The notes under the pieces: model-generated
Told to the model about the DNA's origin: nothing
Database searches by the model: none
Seen by the model: only the letters and a program-made list of their open reading frames with translations
Source of the DNA: Hyaloraphidium curvatum SAG 235-1
Taxonomy: Eukaryota; Fungi; Monoblepharomycota
Assembly (NCBI GenBank): GCA_025558095.1
Contig: JAIVFI010000048.1
Coordinates: forward strand, 1 to 30,582
DNA: 30,582 nucleotides
Direction: 5' to 3'
Shown here: positions 11,374 to 20,728 of the stretch, one piece after another
How the letters are laid out: each line of letters begins with the position of its first letter
Position numbering within the stretch: position 1 is the stretch's first letter
Position numbers and translations under genes: made by a program

Positions 11374-12915
11374 ATGGCGCTCGTGTGCAGCTGCGCGACG
11401 ACGCAGCTCGTGCTCCGCGGCACGGGCTCGCTGTCGCTGGTCGGCGGGGCCGGGCGGCCGCCTGGGGAGCGCGCCGCGGAGATGCCGGTGGCGACAACCG
11501 CGCCCGCGGGAGTCCAGGGTCCCGGACGCCCCGGGTTGCCCGGAGAACTCGTATCGCGCATTTTGAGCAAAGTGGACCCGCTGGACTCGGCGACGCTGGC
11601 GGCCGCCGCGGCGGTGTGCCGCGCGTGGCGGCCGTGGGCGACCGAGCGGCTGTACGCGTACTGCCGGCCGCCGCTCTCAAAGCTCGACTCGCTGGCCGCA
11701 TTCTGGGAATCTCAGTACCCTTCGGGCGACGACGCGCCCTCGGCCAGCCTGCTGCTCGACGCCCCGCGGCTGCAGCACGCCGTGCGACTGGACGGGCTGT
11801 TCCCGCTGCCCCCCGCGCCCTCGTCGCTTCCCGACCACCCGCTGAAAACCCTCGACCTCTCGCTGCTCTCGCACGCTTCGGCAGCCGCCTTGCACCGCTT
11901 GGCCCTGCACTCCCCGCCGGCCTCGGCCCTGGTCACCGCGAAAGACTACCGCCACATGGCCGGCGGCTCCCTGGCCGCCCTGCTCACCCGCTCGCCGCGT
12001 CTGCTCCGCCTCGTCCTACCGGAAAGCTACGGCGAGGACCGCCTCTCCATCGACGACTTTTTCCTCTCCCTGCTCCCCACCACCGTCCCCCTCCTCGCCC
12101 ATCTGGCCGTGTACGACAACGGCCACGTGACGGACCGCGGCCTCCCGCCCTTCTCGCAGCTCCCCCTGCGCTCGCTCCACCTCGCAGTCGTGCCGTGGCG
12201 CGTGATTCTCGCAAAATTGCTGTCGCACCTGCCGCCCACCCTGGAATCGCTGGGCATGGGCAAGCTCAAGGCGCGCGACGCGGACCAGCTCGTCTGGTTC
12301 CTCCGCGACCACCCTTCCATGAACGAACTGGACCTCCCCCACGCCGAGCCCGGGTTCTTCGCGGGCGGCACCGTCGCCCGCCTCCTCGACGCCGCCCCGG
12401 CGCTGGAGAGGCTGGGGATCGAGGTCGAGCCCGGGCAGACCATCCCGCCCCCGCCGCCTGCGGAACCGGAACCACAACCTGCGGAAGGCGAGCAGCCCGA
12501 TGCCGATCCCGGCGGCGCCGAACAGCTGCAGCCGCCCCCCGTCGCCGCACCGGCGCCGCAGGAGCCGGAACCGCACTACCTCTCGGGCCTGCTGTCCCCT
12601 CCCCCGTCCTTGACCCACCTCCGCGTGGCGGGGCACGCGCTGCCTCCCGATCTGCTCCCCCGCGTGCTGCCGCAGCTCGTCGCGCTGGACGCCAGGGGGT
12701 GCGGGGCGGAGGTGGCCGCGGCGTTCGCGGCGGGGGCAAGGTACCCGAAGCTGAGGATGGTGGACGTGCGAGGATGCGAGGGCGTGGAGAGGGAGGTGGT
12801 GGTGGCCGCGTGCCCGGCGCTGGAGAGGGTGTTCGTTGGGGAGATCAGGCAGGGGGACGGGCTGCGGGAGTGGGGCGCTTTCGGGAGCGAGGGGGGGAGG
12901 TGGAACCTCTCTTGA
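11374..12915 (+). CDS. F-box protein with degenerate RNI-like leucine-rich repeats and a Pro/Glu-rich insert (513 aa; alternative start at 11482)
   Basis: F-box-like LPGELVSRILSKV..LAAAAAVCRAW; LxxLxL repeats (LKTLDLS, LRSLHL, LESLGM, LERLGI, LTHLRV, LRMVDVRGC). Confidence 0.8.
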   Translation: MALVCSCATTQLVLRGTGSLSLVGGAGRPPGERAAEMPVATTAPAGVQGPGRPGLPGELVSRILSKVDPLDSATLAAAAAVCRAWRPWATERLYAYCRPPLSKLDSLAAFWESQYPSGDDAPSASLLLDAPRLQHAVRLDGLFPLPPAPSSLPDHPLKTLDLSLLSHASAAALHRLALHSPPASALVTAKDYRHMAGGSLAALLTRSPRLLRLVLPESYGEDRLSIDDFFLSLLPTTVPLLAHLAVYDNGHVTDRGLPPFSQLPLRSLHLAVVPWRVILAKLLSHLPPTLESLGMGKLKARDADQLVWFLRDHPSMNELDLPHAEPGFFAGGTVARLLDAAPALERLGIEVEPGQTIPPPPPAEPEPQPAEGEQPDADPGGAEQLQPPPVAAPAPQEPEPHYLSGLLSPPPSLTHLRVAGHALPPDLLPRVLPQLVALDARGCGAEVAAAFAAGARYPKLRMVDVRGCEGVEREVVVAACPALERVFVGEIRQGDGLREWGAFGSEGGRWNLS

Positions 12916-13609
12916 TCGGATCCTCGGGGAGGCGGATGGGGACGGTGCCGATGGGAACGGGAAGGAAGGGAACAGTGTCTTGCCGGATGGGAAGGGCGCT
13001 TGCTAGATGTACAGGTAGACGGCGGCGAAGAAAGGCCGATAGACAGATGCAGTAGTGGAACCTATGGGTTGGGAACGACCCGCTCTCCATCTTCTTCCTA
13101 ACTGGAGCAAGAGCAGCCGTGCCCCGTTGTCCTTGCGACTCGTGGCGCGTGCTCTCCAGTTTTCTTCGCGTGCGGACGTCGGCAGTCGGCATGCACCTGC
13201 TTCGATTGCTTCGAGTATCGAGTATCAGCCTCACCAGCCCACCTCTACTTCGACCCACGTCTCCACGTCTCGCTACCGGATACCTGTTCACCGACCGGGC
13301 CGCCCGCTTTCGTCGACCAATCTTCTGCTTACGGGGCAGGCAGTGTTGGCTGCCACCGCAACGCACGGCGCACCCGCAGCGAGGAAACCGGCACTGCGCG
13401 CGGGTTCTTTCATTGCCTCGCTCCGCGCTCGAAGGAGCAGCACCCGCGGTGCCGTCCGCACCGTGCGGCGCTTAGACGGAGAGTGAAGCCCTCGGGCGCT
13501 CCCACATCGGGCCGGGTGGTGCCGCATCCCGGCGGGCGCGAGGTCCACCGCGCCCTCGCTTCGTTGTCGGTCTTTTCGCGGCCCCCCTCGACTGCGCCGC
13601 ACAGCCAGG

Positions 13610-16047
13610 ATGCCTCCGCGACGACTTCGCTTACAGCCGCGACGAATGACGCGCGTCTGCGCTGTCGGGATCGTCGCCGCGTTGATCGCCACGCGCGCGG
13701 TTCCGATCTGGGGCGCGACCATCGTCGACGGCTTCATCCCCGGCTCGGGCTGCAGGGTCAACGCCACCGCGCCGCAGCTCTGTGCGTCGACGCCCGGCCC
13801 CCACCCGCTCCTCACTGATCATGTCCCCCCTTTCCCTCTCCTGCCGAGCAGTCCAGGCGAACCTGCCGACCACCTGCCAGGGCAACGTCGCCTGCATTCC
13901 CAGTAACGCCACAGTCAACTACGACGTGACCCAGACCTGCAACGCCAACGCCCCCCCGTCCTTCACCCTCCAGGGCTCGGTCGGTTTCCGCGCCCCATTT
14001 CCGCGCCCGGCACACTCTGACGCCCCCCTCCCCCTCCCATCCGCAGGGAGACTACTTTGTCGTCACCCAGTGGTCCGGCGCCACCTGCACCGGCACCTAC
14101 CTCACCGCCGCCGCCGTGATCGCCAACCAGTGCGTGCCCCTCGGCTTCATCGGGATCCCCGCCTTCGGCCGCCCTGCCTGCGCCCCTGGCGCCGCTTCGG
14201 GCACCATGGCCTTCTTCGGTAACGACGCCTGCACCGTGGGTTTGGCCTCGTGGCCCAGCGCCCGCCCTCCCATGACGCGTTTGTCCTGCCGCCCCAGATC
14301 CCCTTCACTGGCCTCGGCACCTTCAGCGTCACCGCCGGCAACTGCGGCACCCTCTCGCTCGGCCCCTCCACCTGTAAGTCCCCCACTTCCCCGCCCTTTA
14401 CCCCGCGCTGACAACTTCCCACCCACAGTCGCCCTGACCGCCAAGTGCGCCTCGATCGTCAATGGCTCCCCGGTCATTCCTTTTGCTGCTATTGCGGCGG
14501 TTACAACTACGACAACAACCACGACAACGCAAACGTTCACCACCGCGACACCAACAGAGGCGACACCGGTTCCTCCAACGCCAGCATCCTCATCTCCACC
14601 TGTTGGGGCGATCGTCGGTGGCGTGATCGGAGGAATCGCGGCGGTCGCGGCCATCGCCGGGCTGTTGTTCTGGCTGCGGCGAAGAGGTAGGCCTGCGGAA
14701 AGTGTTCCTGCGGATCCAGCAGAGAAGCAGCAGCCTAGAGGCTCGCCGAACCTGGAAACCGCTGCGACAGCTCAGCACTACAAGGGAGCGGGCCCACCAC
14801 CAGCGCCAAATGGCTTCGTTGCTTCTGCTCCAGTTCCCGCAACCATTGCCGTTGACAGTGTCCCGCGAGTGGTGGCTTCAGCTCCCGAACCTAGCAAAAC
14901 CGCACTCCTCGTGGACCTCGCCTTGGTGCCAAACAATGACGCGGAACAAGCTTTGCCCGTGCAGCACGCTGCGGCCGTTGCTCTTGCTTCTCCTCCGTTG
15001 GGTATAGGGGGTGGAGCTGAGGACACGGGATCGACCTTCGCCGCGGCCTCACTTGCCTCCGGTGCTCCCCTTCCCCCCGGCGGCGGAACCCCGATCGCCC
15101 CCCTCCCTGTCCCGCAGCCGAGCTCCAAGCTCCTTGTTTCGGCTACGGACATCGTCATCGACAGCTCGCAAAAGCTGGGAGAGGGCAGCTTTGGGGTTGT
15201 CTATGTCGGCACTCTGCGCGGGACTAGAGTCGCAGTCAAGACTCTGAAAGGAGACCTCGACGAGCACACTCTGAAGGCTTTTGCGAAGGAGGTGACCAAC
15301 TGGGAGGGCCTCGTCCAGCGTAACGGTGAGCGGCTCGCCAACGGCTCGGAGTCTGTGGAGGTGCTGATCTCCACGCTTTTACGCAGTCCTCCCGCTGATG
15401 GCCTACTGCCCTTCTCCCCCGATGATGGTCACCGACCTCGTCCGCGACGGCAACCTCCGCAAGTACCTGTCGGCCCGCGGCTGGCCCCTAGACCTCGGCC
15501 TGCGCTTCCTCGAAGACGTCGCCAACGGCATGGTCTACCTGCACGGCCTCGGCATCCTGCACGGCGACATCAAGTCCCTCAACGTGCTCATTGACGGCAG
15601 CAAAGCCATGATCACCGACTTTGGCCTCTCGCGGGTGCGCCAGGAGGTCGGCAAGTCGACCGCCGCGGGTACCGTCGGCGGCGGGCTCTCTGGCACGCCG
15701 GGGTTCCTGGCGCCGGAGCTGGTGGACGGCGCGGCGCTGCAGAAGCCGGCGGACGTGTACGCGTTCGCGATGCTGTGCTACGAGGTCGTGAGCAAGGGCA
15801 AGTACCCGCTCGAGGAGCTGCTGAACCCGGCATTGGTGGGTGCGAGCGCCGCCATCGCGAGCTTCGCTGACAATCACCTCCCACCCAGGTCCTGTACAAC
15901 GTCGCCGTCAAGGGCGTCCGCCCGGAGCGGCCCGAGGGGGTCCCGGACGCGGTGTGGAGCCTGATGGAGCGGTGCTGGGACCAGGACCCGAAGAAGAGGC
16001 CGACGTTCGTGCAGGTGGCCAAGGAGCTGGACGAAATCGTCAGATAG
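13610..16047 (+). CDS. RLK-B: intact receptor-like TKL kinase; exons 13610-13781, 13852-13979, 14047-14235, 14298-14373, 14429-15325, 15387-15835, 15889-16047
   Basis: Six GT..AG introns of 53-70 nt splice into a continuous frame: signal peptide, 10-Cys ectodomain, poly-Thr stalk, TM VGAIVGGVIGGIAAVAAIAGLLFWL-RRR, and a complete kinase with an HGD catalytic loop. Confidence 0.92.
13715..14480. repeat. Ectodomain tract near-identical, in inverted orientation, to RLP-C (~23200-23958)
   Basis: Intron 1, exon 2 and the first half of intron 2 are essentially identical. Exons 3-4 are near-identical and intron 3 is more diverged. Confidence 0.9.
15091..16040. repeat. Kinase-module tract near-identical to RLK-A (~4679-5625 and ~6545-7495)
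   Basis: Intron 5 (gtgagcggctcgcc...ttttacgcag) is identical in A and B, with only scattered substitutions elsewhere. The flanking juxtamembrane region and 3' UTR are clearly more diverged. Confidence 0.9.
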
Positions 16048-16203
16048 GCCCTACGGTAGATGTCCCCACTACTTTTGCAATTCAATCGTGTTTGCAGATC
16101 TGGCGGCGCTGTGATTCGAGGAGCGGGCTGGCCACGGCGCGACTTCCTCTCCCCCGCGAATCTCCCGCAGATTGTCTCCCGAGCAGACAGCCTCCCAACG
16201 ACG

Positions 16204-17740
16204 ATGGCCGCCTCGGGCGCCGACGACGTTATCCTTCAGAAGGACGCGGACTTCCTGCCCGAAGAGTGGCTGGCCCTATTCCCCGCCCCGTCTCCCCCGG
16301 TCCCGACGTTCGGCGACGAGGAGCAGGGCGCGAACCCCGAGGACGCCGCCCGCGCAGCTGACCCTCTGACGGCGGACGGAATATTGCGCGACCTGGGCGG
16401 CGCGGCAAAGGTGGCGGCGTGGCCCGTCCTGCGCGTCCACGCGGCGCTGCCGGGCTGGTTCACGGCACTCGCGATTTCCCCTTCCAGTGCCGCCACCATC
16501 GCCCTCCTCGGGCTCACCGTGCCCTTGGCAGGGGACATGTTTACCGCCAAGGACGTGGCGCTCGGAATTGCGGGGACGACGCTGTTTCTCACAGGGCTCT
16601 CTGTCAGTTACGGCCTCGTCAGCCCGTTCCTCGGCGCCAACATTTTTCGGAACGGCTTGGTGGAGTTCTCGCACGTGGCAGCTCTTTGCCGATGGCTGCG
16701 GCTCGTTGGCCGAGGGAAAACGCCTCAGGGCGTCGAGGCCGCCTCCTCGCCCCTCGTGCGCCACGTCCCCGGCGACCTCTCTTGCCCGTGTACGTCGTGC
16801 TGCAGTTGGGTCGAAAGCACATCTGGAATCCTCGACTTCCTCGATCTTTTCGGCAACGTTTCCCTTGGTTGGATGGTCTTGTTCTTTTTCGCCTACACAC
16901 CGGTTGTAACCTTCGGTGCGGCCCTGTGGTCGACTTGGTACGGCGCTCTCCTTGGGGCCATATGGGCATCCATGTTTCCGGCTTACATCTTCACTGCGTT
17001 GTCACGCCTCCTGGGGAACGACAATATGGCTCACACGGCCCTCCAACGGCGGCTGCACTGCCGAGCTGTCGATATGGCCATGGCTGACCTCCTGAGCCGG
17101 TTTCGCAGCGCCGCTGCTGCCGGCGATGCGCCTCCCCGCGCGGATTCGTGGCTCTACGTCAGGCTGCACTATCGCTTCGCGGCGCTCTGCCGGTTCAGAC
17201 GCCAGCAGGACGGGATCGTGATCTCGCGGCTGTACGGGCTCGCTCTCGTGCCGGGTGCGGTCCTGCTTACCGCGCTGTATGCGGTGAGTGTCGCAGCGTC
17301 ACGGTGCCGCCGGACACGCAACCTGACGGCTCCCCGGGCACCTTCCGCAGGCCGTCGGCCGCTGTATCTCCGCCTGGCAGCTTGCCGTGTTCGCCCACGC
17401 CGCGGTGTACTTTACCGTCAACGCCGTCAACCTCGCCTCCCGCAACTCGCTCATCGACGCCGTCGCGGCCGTCTACCGCGACGCGCAGAGGGAGCTCCGT
17501 GCGCTCGCGCTCCGCACCGGGCCGGGACCCCTTGCGGACGAGATCGCGCTCCACGACCGCGCGATAGCGTCGTTTCAGGACGTCGCCAGGTACAGGGCGA
17601 AGCTGTTCGGGTTCGTGGTGTCGTTCGGGACGGTGAGGACGATGCTGGTGACGGGGCTGACGGTCGCCGTCGCGCTGTGGAGCGTGCTGCGGGCTTTCGG
17701 GGTGACGGCGACCCTTGAGAGCTTCTGTCCCGTATCATAG
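16204..17740 (+). CDS. Multi-pass membrane protein, gustatory-receptor-like / DUF3537-like 7TM ion-channel candidate (489 aa; intron 17284-17350)
   Basis: Several hydrophobic segments. Spliced C-terminus YRAKLFGFVVSFGTVRTMLVTGLTVAVALWSVLR resembles the split TM7 of the GR/GRL/DUF3537 superfamily. Paralog at 24763-26114. The gene model is more certain than the family call. Confidence 0.7.
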
Positions 17741-17953
17741 AGGCCAGCGGATGCAGGAAGATCGGTTACTCCCGGAAGTGCTCGGGTTCCGAAGGTGGCG
17801 ACGTCGTTCCAGTTGTGGCGGCCAAGGAAGTAAGGAACTGGATGGGCTCATGGGATATTTGGACTAGAAAGCTGGAGTATCTAGTAATTTCCAGGCTTTC
17901 TTCCGCCTCTTCCCACTTCTCTCGAAATCGCCGCTGGGCGGCCTCGGCACCGC

Positions 17954-18347
17954 TCAACTGTCCTCCGCGCACAGGCCCGAGACGCAGACGTCCGAGCCGC
18001 AGCAGTCCCCATCCCGGCTGCAGCCCTCGCCCGTGTCGGCACATGCCGGGGCGTACCGCTTGTACAGCGCCCGCCGGTCCCTTGCGGGCGCGACGCAGGC
18101 AACCATGCCCGCGGGGGCGCCGGGGTGCGCGTACTCGCAGAACTGGTGGGCGGCGCAATCAGCGCACGAACGGCGGAAGACGGCCGCGGTGGTGGATGGG
18201 GGACTGCGCGGAACAGGGGAGTCGTGAGCATCGGGCGGCGAAGGGAAGTCGGCGAACCCACGCCGCGGCGGCCGAGGCGACTGAGGCAACGATTAGGAGG
18301 GCGACGATTAGGAGGGCGACGATTTTGACGGCGGTCGTGAACTTCAT
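17954..18347 (-). CDS. Small secreted Cys-rich precursor with a C-terminal knottin (ICK-like) module; intron 18204-18261
   Basis: Signal MKFTTAVKIVALLIVALLIVASVASAAAA. The gtgggt..gctcac..gcag intron joins in frame to PPSTTAAVFRR-SCADC...LYKR-YAPACADTGEGCSRDGDCCGSDVCVSGLCAEDS*. Confidence 0.82.
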
Positions 18348-19309
18348 CGTTGCTCACTCCTGTGTTCGTCGGTGCTTGGGGGGACGTCCCCTTTGACCCT
18401 TTATGGGGGATGATTTGATGGGGGATGAGGATCCCGAGTCGGGGGATGCGGGCGGCATCCGGCTGTCCTCCCCGCCGTCATCGACCAGCGATGGGTTGGG
18501 CGGATCGACCGGAGACCCAGCGATTCGACTTATGAGCTTGCCTCGACGACTAGGTGTCATTTTTGTACGACGGAAAACGCTGTCAAGCGATCCAAGGGGA
18601 CCGAGGTATAGGCATCCCTTGCGGCGTGCGCTCCCTTTGCCACGAACACCGATCCAGCCGATAGTTCATCACGGATCTCGTGCTCGGATACTAAAGTCAG
18701 GCGGACATTTTTTTGCATCCGTCGACGCTCCTGTTTCGGCGCTACGGCTGCCTCCGCTGCAGGTCGGCACTACATCGCCCTTCTGTGGTCCTCCACGCAC
18801 TCGCCCGACTCGCACAGGCCGGATCCGCGGCACTGGGAGCATATCGATTGAAGGACTGTCTTAAGGAACTAACGGCACATCGAGTCGCGCTGTTGCGGCC
18901 GTAAAATGCGAGTTCGAAACGGACCGAAGGACAGTGAAAGGTTGCTGCGATGCGCTCCCATAGCACCGCCCCGATTCGGGATCTCGTGCTCGCAGTAGCT
19001 CCCTTCGAAGCTCGAACATCTTTCATATCCATCGCGCGCCAGCATCTCCTCGGCCGAGGGGCAACAGCTGCTGTTTCGACGAACTCCTTCCCAGCGCGAC
19101 GGCCAGCAGAAAAAGATGGCAAGAAACCCCAGGAAATGCAAAAGAAGAGACCAAGCCGCAGTTCATCTCGTTGGAAACTTTTGCCCAGAACGCGATTCGT
19201 CCCGTCGTTCCAATCTTCGGTGGCCGGGCGGCTTCACTCCGGCTCGGACCCGCTCGACCTCCCGACATTGAGCCCACCAGCACCCCCTCGGCAGCCCCGT
19301 CTCCCCACG

Positions 19310-20328
19310 ATGCTCCGCGCCACCTCTCTCTTCCGCGCCGTGCGCCAGGCCGCGCCCCGCCGCACCATGTCGGGCGCTCCGGTGCGCTTCCGCCCGCGAC
19401 GCGTCGGAACCAGGAACTGACGCGAATTGCTCCCCCTGGACACCTCGGCCCCGATGTTGCCCCTCATGATACCGATGTGCTTCCGCCGATGTGGTTGCGA
19501 CGCGTCGCGCGGGACCATAGCTCTACACGGCCGAGGCCACCGCCGTCGGAGTGGGCTGCCCTTGCCCCTGGAATCGGAAGCCCGCGTCGCTCACAAACCC
19601 CCTCCCCCCCTGCATCGCGCGTCCGATTCTCTCTCATAGGCCAGGTACGCTTTTGTTCCGACTGCCACCGTGGCCGCCCGGGCGCTGAACCTCCCCGCAG
19701 GAACGGCCACGTGAAGTCGAGCGACGGGATCCTGGACTTCGACCTGTCGGTGCCCAAGGGCATGGGCGGGCCGGGGGGTGCCAAGACTAACCCAGAGCAG
19801 CTGTTTGCCGCTGGGTAAGTCCCCCGTGGGGCCGTGGTGTGTCCAATTCTGACCTTCTGAGCCGTCGACGTGCTCCCCGCGGCCAAACAGCTACTCTGCC
19901 TGCTTCGGAGGCGCGCTTGGTGCCGCGCAGGGCATGCTGAAGCTGCCGAAGTGGGTCTCCTGCCTCCTTTTCGTGGTTTTGGGCACCGATGGACCGGCCG
20001 ACCCTCACAGGCTGCCCGACAACATGAGCGTCAACGCAAAGGTCTCGATCGGCAAGGGCGAGGGCGGCTTCGACCTCGCCGTGGACTTTGTCGTCACCGC
20101 TGTGGGCACTTCCGTCTCCAGCTCGCGGTGCGGCTGGATCGACTGATCACTACCATTGCAGCCCGGCTACGACAAGGCGGACCTGCAGAAGATCATCGAC
20201 AAGGCGCACACCGGTGGGCCCTCCATCTTTACCTCACGTTGCTTCGGATCTGAACCGCGCTCTCGGCAGTCTGCCCGTACTCCCGGGCGACCAAGGGCAA
20301 CATGCCCGTGACGACCGTCATCGGCTGA
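19310..20328 (+). CDS. ohr: Organic hydroperoxide resistance protein (Ohr, OsmC/Ohr family); exons 19310-19381, 19521-19550, 19640-19644, 19701-19814, 19891-19950, 20011-20101, 20162-20213, 20270-20328
   Basis: Spliced product contains LYTAEATAVGARNGHV, TNPEQLFAAGYSACF and AHTVCPYSRATKGN, i.e. both catalytic Cys motifs. N-terminus resembles a mitochondrial presequence. Confidence 0.93.
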
Positions 20329-20728
20329 GCATCCTGCTTTCCTCCACTTCTTTCTTGGCATCTATCGCCCGAATGTTCCGTGGTTGAATGCGCAGCCTTT
20401 TCCGCGCGCGGCTGGCATCGCAGGTCCGGGCGGTGTTTGCCTTTGGCGTGGGTGGCGTCCGGCCGGGCTGTGCGCCAATGCGACGGGCCCTGACGTCCGT
20501 CCGTCCAGCTTTCGGCCTCATACGGCACCGAAGAAGGAAGCAAAGTTGTCGGCTTCAACCTCCGTCCATTCGAGAAAGGAAACCTGGCTTCCATCGCGCG
20601 GGAGTTGCGGCGGCGGAACTGTTGTGGGTCCAGCGACTCAGCGGGATGCCGCAGCTCCGCCCCTTCGGGATCTGGCCGGCCAACACCGCCCGCGGCCCCC
20701 CCAGTTCACCCCAGCTCACACCGGACAC

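Larger units (their letters stand above)
1..12184. repeat. Giant inverted repeat (fold-back palindrome), arms ~1-6077 and ~6092-12184; left arm runs to the window edge
   Basis: Bases 1-20 (cgaggtggagcgagcgcagg) are the reverse complement of 12165-12184. The ORF track is mirrored (e.g. 1226+ vs 10955-, 3534..4043+ vs 8130..8639-, 5659+ vs 6510-). Differences noticed are small indels. Confidence 0.98.

Noticed and set aside
1-12184. Inverted arms as terminal repeats of a transposon, Polinton or virus
   Set aside because: The arms abut with a 14-nt loop, contain ordinary host genes, and no transposase, integrase, polB or capsid is seen.
894-13055. Long Arg/Pro/Gly-rich ORFs (e.g. 894..2540, 9582..10940, 11100..13055)
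   Set aside because: Shadow frames of real GC-rich genes, where stop codons are scarce.
18890-18940. gagttcgaaac, similar to a tRNA T-loop
   Set aside because: No cloverleaf stems or D-arm could be built around it.
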